From Candidatus Ratteibacteria bacterium (lineage in GTDB: Bacteria; Ratteibacteria; UBA8468; B48-G9; JAFGKM01), in the NCBI GenBank assembly GCA_046296715.1, contig JBKBIN010000003.1, positions 8,880-72,879 on the forward strand: 64,000 nucleotides of DNA. Direction: 5' to 3'. A program made the translations under genes and the position numbers. Under the pieces are notes generated by a model. The model was not told where the DNA came from. It saw nothing but the letters and a program-made list of their open reading frames with translations, and made no database searches. Positions 19,588-29,276 of the stretch are shown here, piece after piece (position 1 is the stretch's first letter; every line of letters starts with the position of its first letter).

Positions 19588-20663
19588 CTATTTAAATCAT
19601 TCCATATTTTGTGAACCAGTTCAAGATAATATTTAAAATTTTCAAGTGGAACATCTGGAGGGACTGCATGGTCTATAAGTGGGAAATAACCTCCTTCTTT
19701 CAACAAAAATGGTACTTTTTTCATAACTTCTTCTTCAACTTCTTTTTTTGTTTCTCTTAACGCCCTTTTATCTATATTTCCCATAAGTATTAATTTTTTT
19801 CCATATATTTTTCTGTATCCAATAGCATCTGTATTTGCAGCAACTTCAAGAGGATATAACATATTAACTCCGCCTTCAAGCCATAATGGAACTATCACAT
19901 CGTTATTTCCATCAGAATCAACCATAATAACATCTATCCCATAACTTCTTAAAAATGAACATACTTTTTTATAAGCAGGAAGACAAAATTCCTCAAATGT
20001 TTTAGGAGAAAGCAAAGGTCCCTGTTTCATTCCAAGGTCTTCCCATATATTTGCAAAATCAAATTTTACCTCACTTACAACTGGCTCAAGAACTTTAATA
20101 ACAAAATCCGCCACATAATTTATAATTTCTTTAACAAGTGAAGGATTATCATAAAACATAACAGATAAATTTTCTACTCCCATCCAGTTCCTTATCCATC
20201 CATAGAAAGAACCTGCTTGTATACCTAAGGGATAATCTCTGTTTTTAATACATCTTTTCCAATCATCATAATATTCAGGATATCTTAAAGGAGAATCCGG
20301 ATTTAATCTTTTTTTTACATTTTCCCAAGTTCTTTCATCTTTTATACAGAAATCAATCCACTGACTCATCCCAATCTCTCTATCTTTCCATCTTTTCCAT
20401 TTATTTCCAAGATCATCAATATAAGTAGCTGTCTCTTTATCTTCTTCAATAACTTTAACTTCAGGCGCTGGTATAAAGCCAAGATTTATTGGAGCATAAT
20501 TTATTCTATCAAATCCAAAATACGTATTAAAATGAACATCCTTAGGCATCCCTTCTTTCTGCCATCTTTTTATTGTGTCATTAAAAACCCATTGAGGCCA
20601 CATAAAGGGCTTGTCTGGTTTTCCAAAATAAACTACCTCTTTAAATCTTTCTAAATAAGTCAT
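19584..20663 (-). CDS. URO-D/MtaA-CmuA-family protein, paralogue 3
   Basis: 359 aa with the URO-D-like fold sequence. More diverged than the paralogue 1/2 pair. Confidence 0.65.
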   Translation of the reverse strand: MTYLERFKEVVYFGKPDKPFMWPQWVFNDTIKRWQKEGMPKDVHFNTYFGFDRINYAPINLGFIPAPEVKVIEEDKETATYIDDLGNKWKRWKDREIGMSQWIDFCIKDERTWENVKKRLNPDSPLRYPEYYDDWKRCIKNRDYPLGIQAGSFYGWIRNWMGVENLSVMFYDNPSLVKEIINYVADFVIKVLEPVVSEVKFDFANIWEDLGMKQGPLLSPKTFEEFCLPAYKKVCSFLRSYGIDVIMVDSDGNNDVIVPLWLEGGVNMLYPLEVAANTDAIGYRKIYGKKLILMGNIDKRALRETKKEVEEEVMKKVPFLLKEGGYFPLIDHAVPPDVPLENFKYYLELVHKIWNDLNR

Positions 20664-21549
20664 TTTTGCTCCTTTTTTTTAAATATTTAAAAACATCTGG
20701 TATTTTTTCTATTATATCAGAAGAAATTAAAGAAATTTCTCCTTTTTCTTTTTTAGCAAGATCACCAGCAAGTCCATGGATAAAAACACCATATTTTGCA
20801 GAAACAAATTTATCTTCACCCTGTGATAAAATCCCTCCTATAATTCCCGCAAGTACATCTCCACTTCCAGCAGTTGCCATTCCTGGATTCCCTGTTAAAT
20901 TTATGTATGTATTTTGTCCATCTGTAACAACTGTTCTATAACCTTTTAAAATCAAAATTATATTATATTTTCTTGCAAAAACTTCTGCAACTTCAACTCT
21001 ATTTTTTTGTATTTCTTCAATTTTCAAACCTGTCAAAAAACTCATTTCTCCTGGATGTGGTGTTAAAATTGGTCTTTCAACTGAACTTAGAATTTCTAAA
21101 TTTTCAGAAATAATCTTTAAAGCATCAGCATCTATTATCATTGGTTTTTTTATTTCTGGAATTATCTTTTTAACAAATTTCTTTGTTTCAGGATGCAATG
21201 AAATCCCAGGGCCAATTAAAACACAATCTGCTTTTTTTTCTATAAACTCAATCGCTTTTTCATAAGCAGATGAAGAAAAATAATGGTCTTTAGTTTCAGA
21301 TAATGGTAAACTCATAACTTCTGTTAATTTTATTTCTATTATTTGATTTAGTCCTTCTGGTATTCCAATTGTTACCAGACCACATCCACTTCTTAAAGCA
21401 CTTATTCCAGCAAGACAAACAGCACCTGTTAAACCAGGACTTCCTCCAATAATAAACAAATGTCCATAATTTCCTTTATGTGTATCTTTTTTTCTGTCCT
21501 TTAAAAATTTAATTTCTTCATTCATATATAAGACAAATGGCAATTGCAA
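20641..21549 (-). CDS. nnrD: ADP-dependent NAD(P)H-hydrate dehydratase (YjeF C-terminal domain)
   Basis: HKGNYGHLFIIGGSPGLTGA and AGSGDVLAGIIG motifs. The start may instead be the internal MNEEIKF at 21525. Confidence 0.75.
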   Translation of the reverse strand: MQLPFVLYMNEEIKFLKDRKKDTHKGNYGHLFIIGGSPGLTGAVCLAGISALRSGCGLVTIGIPEGLNQIIEIKLTEVMSLPLSETKDHYFSSSAYEKAIEFIEKKADCVLIGPGISLHPETKKFVKKIIPEIKKPMIIDADALKIISENLEILSSVERPILTPHPGEMSFLTGLKIEEIQKNRVEVAEVFARKYNIILILKGYRTVVTDGQNTYINLTGNPGMATAGSGDVLAGIIGGILSQGEDKFVSAKYGVFIHGLAGDLAKKEKGEISLISSDIIEKIPDVFKYLKKRSKNDLFRKI

Positions 21550-21841
21550 TGTCTTTTGTGTGAGAAATTGAAATATCTATTTTTTTATTTTCCAACTTTT
21601 TTTTTAACCTATCATCAAGAATTTCTATGTAAGGTCTGCCAGAGGGGAGATTCCTAATTTCAATCTTTTTAAAATCATAATTATTATCAATACATTTAAA
21701 AAATGCTTTTTTTGCAGCAATTTTTCCAATAAGAGAAATATAACTTTTATCTCTTATTTCCGTTTCTGATAAAAAAGTATAAATTTGGTCAGGTTTTTTA
21801 TAATCATTAAGGGACTCTAAGTCTACAGAAATGTTTAACAT
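21518..21841 (-). CDS. Holo-ACP synthase-like protein (4'-phosphopantetheinyl transferase family), paralogue A
   Basis: C-terminal two thirds match AcpS (GKIAAKKAFFK..., ISISHTKDIAIAI). The N-terminus is atypical. Confidence 0.55.
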   Translation of the reverse strand: MLNISVDLESLNDYKKPDQIYTFLSETEIRDKSYISLIGKIAAKKAFFKCIDNNYDFKKIEIRNLPSGRPYIEILDDRLKKKLENKKIDISISHTKDIAIAICLIYE

Positions 21842-21842
21842 T

Positions 21843-22088
21843 TTATTTCTGAATTGGTTTTACATTAACTACTTTTTTATTCCCTCTATTTGTAAATTCA
21901 ACAATCCCGTCAACCAAACTAAAAATTGTAAAATCTCTGCCAATAGAACATCCAAAACCTGGAATAATATTGCTTCCCTTCTGTCTCACAATAATACTAC
22001 CTGCCTTTATAACCTGACCCTCAAAAACTTTTACTCCTCTATATTTTGGATTTGAATCCCTGCCATTTCCTTGTCTTTTTCTCGCCAT
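21843..22088 (-). CDS. rpmA: 50S ribosomal protein L27
   Basis: [25 protein letters not shown]... is diagnostic of L27. 81 aa. Confidence 0.9.
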   Translation of the reverse strand: MARKRQGNGRDSNPKYRGVKVFEGQVIKAGSIIVRQKGSNIIPGFGCSIGRDFTIFSLVDGIVEFTNRGNKKVVNVKPIQK

Positions 22089-22096
22089 AGTAATAA

Positions 22097-22124
22097 ATTA
22101 TAACACAATTTTAACTTTAGTCAA
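22097..22124 (-). promoter_or_regulatory. Candidate sigma70 promoter for rpmA giving a near-leaderless mRNA
   Basis: Minus strand: TTGACT, 16 nt, TGtTATAAT (extended -10), then 8 nt to the ATG. No Shine-Dalgarno sequence. Confidence 0.45.
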
Positions 22125-22736
22125 AAAATTTTGTACGTTTGCCAATCACAAGTGACATTAACAGCATTTAATCTTTTTTTCAATTTTTCACTAAGTTTCT
22201 TTTAGATAAAGAAGTTTTTGGTCACCAGTAGCCATAAAATCTCTCCCATTCTTTCAATATTCTGTAAAAATCTTCTTCATCTATTCTACCCAACAAACCG
22301 TTCAACTTTTCTCTTAATTCTAAACCAATCTAATTTCATTTTTATTTGCCTTTCTCTTTAATATTAACCGCTTTTTGAAAGTTTAATCCTACTATTTCTT
22401 CTTTCAAAACTGTAAAAGAAGATAAATCCCTAAGGCAAAGAAAAATAAAGAAACAATAAGTTTTGCTACTGAAGGTTTTAGAACTGAATTGAGAAAGTAT
22501 TTGAAGTTGTGCCTAAAAAAGAAAAGAAGAATAACAAAGAGGAAAAAAGTGTAAGGTTGTAAAGAAAAAGATAAAAATAATTCAAAAAATCAGAAAAACT
22601 AAAAATACCAAGAACTATTGCACCTATTCCAATTAAAATGTTTAAAACTGTTTGGTTATCCTGAGTTTCACATTAGGGTTGTAGTTCTGTTTTTTTCTCC
22701 TGTGGTGTCATCCCATCCTTTAAAATTACTACTTTC

Positions 22737-23630
22737 CTATTCATTTTTGTATTGTGGATATAAATTAGTGAAATCTCTGCCTTCTGGTTTATCAAATAGT
22801 TCGGTAGGATAGCAGTCAATCCAGAAACCACTTTCATCTGAGTTCATCACGTATATGTCACCACGAGGAGAAAGATAGATTGAAGATGTGGTATAATAAT
22901 AATCTGGTGGATCCCTGTCTATTCTAATTTTACCTACTATTTTCCCATCACAAGAAACTTTTGTAATTTCGACAATAAATTTTTTTTCTATATTTGTCTC
23001 TCCGATGCGACCAATAAAATAAAAATTTTCTAATATATCTTTTCCAACAACCCCTATAGGAGAAGAAAATTTGACTTTATAACCTGTCGGAAGAGCTAGT
23101 ATCCATGTATATTTTTCATTTATTTTCTTTTTTTGAATCTTACAACCCCAGTATTCAGGATAAGTTTTTTGCATGGGTTCATTTTTGTCAAATATATACC
23201 CAGTGTATATTTCTTATTCTCTTCCATCTATTTTTACTCTTCGCGTTGTCCCCATTTTAACCACTTCTTGATAAAGATTGTCATCAATTCTCACAAATTC
23301 TCCTTTGTTATTAAATACCTGCACCCTTTTATTAACATTGTCTAAAACATAAATAAAGTCTTTTTCATCTACGTAGAAATCATTTGGACCTTGTCCTGGT
23401 TCAATCATATCTCCTGTAGGTCCTCCTTTCTCTGGAATAAACTCAAATTCTCCTGGTTTATCTCCCCATTTTCCATAGACTAATTTAATCTTAGGTTTTA
23501 TTTCTTCTGGAAAGTTTAATGTAGATAATAAAGCATAAACTAATCCCACCAATATTATTTTTCTCATCTTTATCATCTCCTTTATTTCAATCATTTTCAC
23601 ATCCTTCATCAGGTGCTGCTCCAAAACCAT
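22737..23630 (-). pseudogene. Secreted NHL-repeat protein interrupted by an in-frame TAA
   Basis: The 23214-23630 ORF (signal peptide, NHL-like FIYVLDNVNKRVQVFNNKGEFV) and the 22737-23174 ORF are in the same frame. They are separated only by a TAA at 23214-23216, and the 13 codons after it are open. The downstream part has no RBS and no signal peptide. Confidence 0.55.
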
Positions 23631-23731
23631 TACAATTATCCCACCACCAATTTGGCGACTTTAAAGTAATATTGCTCCATTTAACTTTATCATAACCAGA
23701 AGAAGCATGAATAATCCAATGCTCACCGTCC

Positions 23732-25716
23732 CTAATAATAAGCCAATCCAGAACAATCTATTCCATTATACCCATCAAACAAACTTTTGCCAATATTTTC
23801 TCCATATTCGTCAGGATGAATTCCCAAAATATATGGAACATTTATATACCCTGTTGCTGTCTGAATATATGGATTACCTGGATAATCTGTTATTTGTCTG
23901 TTAACACAGTGGAGATTTACGCCTATCGGAGATTTTCTTCCTGGCAGACCTATAAGAGTAACTGTTGATAGATATTTATGTGTGCCTTCGGATAACTGAG
24001 TTGAAACATGCCAACCACTCCCAAGAAAAGTAGTCTTTCTATATCCTACTTTATCATTATCATCATCAATAATCTCAGGAAAAACTTCTTCTACTAAAAT
24101 TGAAAGTTGTCCATATAAACTACTATTCCATCTCCTTACATTTATAGTATTTCCTCCTATTATCACATAAGTTGGTAAATTAGTACCAATTTCTCCAAGA
24201 TAATAATTACTTGTTCCTATTTTTGCTCTCACTACTGTAAATAAATCTCTTGATGGGTTTTTATTAGAGGAAGCAACTACTATCTGTCGTGTTTCATCAG
24301 AAGGAATATCGTTCCCACTTCTTGAACATATATAAACAGATTCAATAGCAATTACAGTTACTTTTGCTTTATCTTCTGCTGTTGTTTCATCTGGTGCTTG
24401 GTAGGTTAATTTTATCTCTGTATCTTTTATTGAGTTGCTTGTTTTATATCCTTCTACATAAAAGGTCTTTGGAAGTTGATTTGCTTGATAGGTTGTCGTT
24501 TTTATTTCTGTCTCCTTATTCATATTATTCCACAATTTCACATTAGAGCCCCAGGATAAAGTTAGATTACCAGGTAAATCTGAAGGAACACAGGAAATAC
24601 TCACTGAAACAAGATCATTTTCTCCAAATACTGGATGCTGATTGTAATCAAGTATGGTATCTGAATTGTCATCATCGTCATTCAAAGGTAGGTATAGCCC
24701 TGTTTCTTCCTCAGTTGCTTCATTCATCCCTCCTAAATTAACATCAACAGAAAATACAGTTAAATTTGCTTTATCTTGTCCACCTACTGAAGTAGTTAAT
24801 GAAAGGGTTATATCTTTGCAATTGTCTGAAGGTTCTTTTCCTTTTATTGATAATGAAGGTATAGAAGATGCACTGAATTCGAATGGGAAAGGACGTGGAG
24901 TATTATCTTTCAATAAAGTTATTTTATCTTGTTTTGAACAGGATAATGTTAATTTTATTGTTGATGCTAAATCTGAAGGAAGTTCTCCTTCTACAACAAT
25001 TTCGCAGGATTTGCTTTTCCCAACTTGAAGATATGCTCCTGGATCTTCTTCTGTATTTTCATCTGTGTTTACTATAACAAGGTTTGGCCGAAAAACATAT
25101 GTATCTATTTTTGCATGACTTTCTCCACAGGTAACTTTTATAGTTTTTTTCCCTACTGTTGTAAACTGAGTAATATAAGTTTAGGGTCCCATTACAAGAA
25201 TTTGAAGTTTCTTCTTCAATAACCTCCCATTTTATCCCACTACATTCAGTATTTTCAGGATCTGTCTTAACAGTATATTTTAATTCATCAGTAAGATATT
25301 TTGGAGAAGAATTTGTAGTTTCCTTTAATACAGCATATTTTGGACCAGCAATACCTTTTACTTTAACAACAGTAACATTTACTTTTTTAGGACGAGATTC
25401 CACTTTTGAACCATCTTTGTTATATATGACAACTACCACAGAAGGAGAAAGTTTTCCTGACATATCATATGTGTGTTATTGAACTTGTTGAAGTTTTAGC
25501 AGTTTGTCCATCACCAAATGACCAAAGATATTCAACAGTTTCTACTGGTGCTGAAAAAGTATATGTTGCAGTAAAAGTAATACTTCCACCAATACAAATT
25601 AAAGAAGGGTTAGCAGTAAGAGTAACTTTTAATTCTGAAGATTTGCATGGATATAAAGATTTGCCTAATAAAAACATATATATAACTGAGCTTAAAAATT
25701 TGATTTTAAAATTCAT
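23732..25716 (-). pseudogene. Large secreted PKD/Ig-like-domain protein split into three frames
   Basis: The 25465-25716 ORF has a signal peptide and PKD motif (YLWSFGDGQTAKTSTSS). It continues in a second frame (HTYDMSGKLSPSVVVVIYNKDG), then in a third (TTVGKKTIKVTCGESHAKIDTYVF...LLKDNTPRPF). The frame switches fall near 25468-25478 (a GTGTGT tract) and 25160-25190. Strong RBS GGGGGGAGGG before the first ATG. Confidence 0.55.
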
Positions 25717-26184
25717 CCCTCCCCCCTTTTATTATTATATTCCTTATTCTAAATTGAGTAAAAAATTGCACAAGTAGAATAAATAGTAACACTTTCTCAT
25801 TAAACACATTTTGCATATTTTTCCACTTTCCATCAATTTTATTTTTGTCAATTTTTTTTATTTGTCAAATTTACATAAAAAACTAAATGGGTGTTAAGTG
25901 TTTTGCTACTATTTTTAAGATATTACAAAACTTTCTACCATTATCTGTCCAAAATACCTTAAAATCTCCACCAACCAAATAATATAACCTTTAAAAAATC
26001 TTAACCATTTCCTAACGAATTACTCTTATAATCTTTTTCTCTCTATTATTTCCCTTTTCTTAAATTCTCAATTTTTCACCCACACATAATAATTACCATA
26101 ATAAAACAGCATACTTCCCTTGCATTTTTCTTTTTTTATTGGAAATGCTACATAGATATTTCAAGTTTTATTAAGTCAAAAATT

Positions 26185-28104
26185 TTAAAATTTATATTCA
26201 AGGATAGTTAAAGATTCTAAATGGGTTGTATGTGGGAAAAAATCAAATAAATATGCTTTTTTTACTGAATATCCATTTTCTTTAAATCCTTTTAAATCCC
26301 TTGCAAGTGTTGAAGGATTACAGGAGACATAGATAATATTAGGGATTCTATTCTTTGATATTTTATTTATGATTTTTGAACTTAATCCACTTCTTGGAGG
26401 ATCAACTATTAGATAATCACAGTTTATTAAAATTTCTTTTTTATTTAAAAATTTCTCAACTCTCTCAGCGAAAAAATTACAATTATTAATATCATTTTCT
26501 CTACAGTTCTCATCTGCAGTTTGAATATTAGAAATCTCCCAGTCAACGCCAATTACTTCTTTTGCCTTTTTTGAAACATATATTTCAATAGGACCTGTTC
26601 CACAATATAAACCAATTACTTTGCTTCCAGCATTAATATTTTCAAAAATTTTTTGATATAAAATCTCTGCTGCATTTGTATTTGGTTGAAAGAAAGTATC
26701 TGGATATATTCTGAAAACTAAATTATTAAGAATTTCTTCAATATAAGGTTGTCCATATATTAATTTTTTTCTTTCATAAGCCACAACATCAGAAATTTGG
26801 TCATTTTCAACCCAGTATATACTATTTATTTCCTTAACCTGTTTTATTAGTAAATCAACTAACTTACTTAAATCTAAATCAATTCCACTTTTTGTCACAA
26901 TAATTATCATCAAGTGATTTTTATTTTTGCTCTCTTTTACTACAAGATGTCTTAAAACACCCTTTTTTGTAAATGGATCATATGGCTGTAATTTTATTGA
27001 ATTAAAATAATCTCTAACTACTGAAAAAATCTTTTCAATTTTTTGACTAAAAATTAAACATTTTTTTAAAGGGACCACACTCTTTTTATATTTCTTATAT
27101 GGTAAACTTCTTTCCCTCAATCCAACAACAATTCTGCCATTTTCAAGTCCAAATGCAAACTCCATTTTATTTCTATAATAAAAGATTGAAGGAGATTTAA
27201 AAATGTCATCTACTTCCAATTCCTGTTCAAACTGTCCAATTTTCTTCATACAACTTAAAAAATATTCCTTTTTAAGTTCTAATTGTTTTTCATACAATAA
27301 ATTTTGGAAAGAACAACCACCACATAAACCAAAATGTTCACATTCAGGATTTACCCTAAATTCAGATTCTTTCTCAATCTCTATAATTTCACCAAAAGAA
27401 TAATTTTTTAATTCTTTAGAAACTCTAACTTTTAACCTATCTCCAACAATTCCGCCTGGAACAAATATTACAAAATTACCATATCTTCCAATTCCCCAAT
27501 TGTTTGGAAAAGCAAAATCATATATCTCAACAGATATTTCTTCTGAAAAAAACCTATCAAGTAATTTTTTTAGTTTTTCAGTTGGCAATCCTACAATATT
27601 ATCAAAATCACCTTCTATCTCTTCAACAAAATCATCTTTAACATCCTGTATTGCATAAGCACCTGCTTTATCAAAAAAATCACCCTTTTTCAAATATTCT
27701 TCTATCTCCTGTTCAGTTAATTTTTTAAATTTTACATAACTAATTTCACAATCAGTCAAAAGTTTCTCTTGGTCTTTTCTATAAATTGCAATACCTGTTA
27801 TCACTCTATGCTTTGTCCCTGATAATTTTTTTAATATTTGTTTTGCTTCTTCATAATCTTTTGGCTTTCCTATAATTTCATCGTTTAAATTGACAACTGT
27901 ATCAGCTCCTATAACAATTTTATCAGGATTTTCTCTTGCAACTAATTCTGCCTTTTTAATAGCACAAACAATAGCATATTTTACAGGATCTTTTTCACTT
28001 ACACTCTCTTCATCAAAATTACTTTCAATTACATCAAATTCTTTACATATTTTTTTAAATAGTTCTTTCCGTCTTTCAGATTTTGTAGCAAGTATAATTT
28101 TCAT
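26185..28104 (-). CDS. Fusion protein: Maf nucleotide pyrophosphatase + TRAM domain + RumA/RlmD-type RNA (uracil-5)-methyltransferase
   Basis: N-terminal ~187 aa carry Maf motifs (LATKSERR, GADTVV, GKP, KAGAYAIQ). A TRAM domain follows. Then the Fe-S cluster motif CEHFGLCGGC and the SAM-methyltransferase core with DPPRSGL. One continuous 639-aa ORF. Confidence 0.8.
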   Translation of the reverse strand: MKIILATKSERRKELFKKICKEFDVIESNFDEESVSEKDPVKYAIVCAIKKAELVARENPDKIVIGADTVVNLNDEIIGKPKDYEEAKQILKKLSGTKHRVITGIAIYRKDQEKLLTDCEISYVKFKKLTEQEIEEYLKKGDFFDKAGAYAIQDVKDDFVEEIEGDFDNIVGLPTEKLKKLLDRFFSEEISVEIYDFAFPNNWGIGRYGNFVIFVPGGIVGDRLKVRVSKELKNYSFGEIIEIEKESEFRVNPECEHFGLCGGCSFQNLLYEKQLELKKEYFLSCMKKIGQFEQELEVDDIFKSPSIFYYRNKMEFAFGLENGRIVVGLRERSLPYKKYKKSVVPLKKCLIFSQKIEKIFSVVRDYFNSIKLQPYDPFTKKGVLRHLVVKESKNKNHLMIIIVTKSGIDLDLSKLVDLLIKQVKEINSIYWVENDQISDVVAYERKKLIYGQPYIEEILNNLVFRIYPDTFFQPNTNAAEILYQKIFENINAGSKVIGLYCGTGPIEIYVSKKAKEVIGVDWEISNIQTADENCRENDINNCNFFAERVEKFLNKKEILINCDYLIVDPPRSGLSSKIINKISKNRIPNIIYVSCNPSTLARDLKGFKENGYSVKKAYLFDFFPHTTHLESLTILEYKF

Positions 28105-29225
28105 AAATGTCCCTTTGTTTTATGAATTTTGCTCCACTTTAAATAATCATAATAATCCCATCCGAAAAAATTGTCTTCTTTGTTACCTTGTGCAAGTTCT
28201 ATAATTCCACATTCTGCATCTTTACATTTAAGACAATCACCTTTACATGTAAATGGCAAAAATTTATTACCCTTTCTGAAATAAATAGGTATATCTATCC
28301 CTTCGCAATTTTTACTGCTCATAAATTCTTTATTTAAACCTATTATTTTACCATTTTTTTTCTCATATTCCATACATAATGCGAAAGTAATTTTAAATTT
28401 ATCACATGTCTCCCTTAAAAATGAAAAAATATCTTTTCTATAATTTATATCTGCATGCAACCACATTCCAATCTTTTCACAATAAAGTTTTTCTATTTTT
28501 TGTCTTATTTCAGTTCCAAATTCAGATTGAATATAATTTAAAATATCGTTCTTTATTGCAATTGGTATATCCATAATACTTGCAACGATATGTTTTGCTC
28601 CTATGTCAAGTGCTTTTTTAATAAGTAAAGTTAAATCTTTTTTATTATCTGTTATAAATGGTATTATTGGGTCAATTCTACAAACACAATAAATTCCTTT
28701 TTTAGATAAATTTTCAATATTTTTGAAAAGTTGATCGGTCTTTGCTCCCTTTTTCATTAATTTTTGCCTCAATTCTTCATAAGGTGTTAATATGGTAATT
28801 TGACCAAATGAATGGAAATTTGTTTTTATTTTTTCAATTATACTATCTGGAATTTTTTCTTTTGTCACAAACTCAATGGGAATATTTTTTTTAATAAACA
28901 AATCAATCGTTCTTTCAGTAAGATGATAAATACTTTCAATTGACTGAAATGGCTCTGTAACAGGTGAAAGATAACCACAGAAAGCAATGTCTATCCTTTC
29001 AATCTGTTCTTCTAAATTTTCAACAAAATTTTCATAAACAAAGATAATCTTTTCTTTCCTTGCTCTTTGAAAATTACCTGGATAACTTAAAGCATAACAA
29101 AAAAAACAACCAACTTCACATCCAATATAAGGATTTAAAAGTACTCTCTCTGATACACATTCCCTTTTCCCAGGATACCAGTTATGTATTTTCTTTTCTG
29201 ATTTAATCTTTACATAAGAAGGCAT
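28101..29225 (-). CDS. Radical SAM protein (COG1533/SplB-like family; assignment by motif and size only)
   Basis: CxxxCxxC (CEVGCFFC) near the N-terminus. 374 aa. Extra C-terminal Cys cluster CKGDCLKCKDAEC. ATGA overlap with the downstream fusion gene. Confidence 0.7.
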   Translation of the reverse strand: MPSYVKIKSEKKIHNWYPGKRECVSERVLLNPYIGCEVGCFFCYALSYPGNFQRARKEKIIFVYENFVENLEEQIERIDIAFCGYLSPVTEPFQSIESIYHLTERTIDLFIKKNIPIEFVTKEKIPDSIIEKIKTNFHSFGQITILTPYEELRQKLMKKGAKTDQLFKNIENLSKKGIYCVCRIDPIIPFITDNKKDLTLLIKKALDIGAKHIVASIMDIPIAIKNDILNYIQSEFGTEIRQKIEKLYCEKIGMWLHADINYRKDIFSFLRETCDKFKITFALCMEYEKKNGKIIGLNKEFMSSKNCEGIDIPIYFRKGNKFLPFTCKGDCLKCKDAECGIIELAQGNKEDNFFGWDYYDYLKWSKIHKTKGHL

Positions 29226-29276
29226 TTTTTCATTTGAAATTTTGATTTTTAATCATTGTTTGTATATAATTAAAAT

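Noticed and set aside
22618-22812. 64-aa ORF on the plus strand inside the non-coding gap.
   Set aside because: No RBS and low-complexity sequence. It overlaps the 3' end of the NHL gene on the other strand, so it is most likely a chance ORF.
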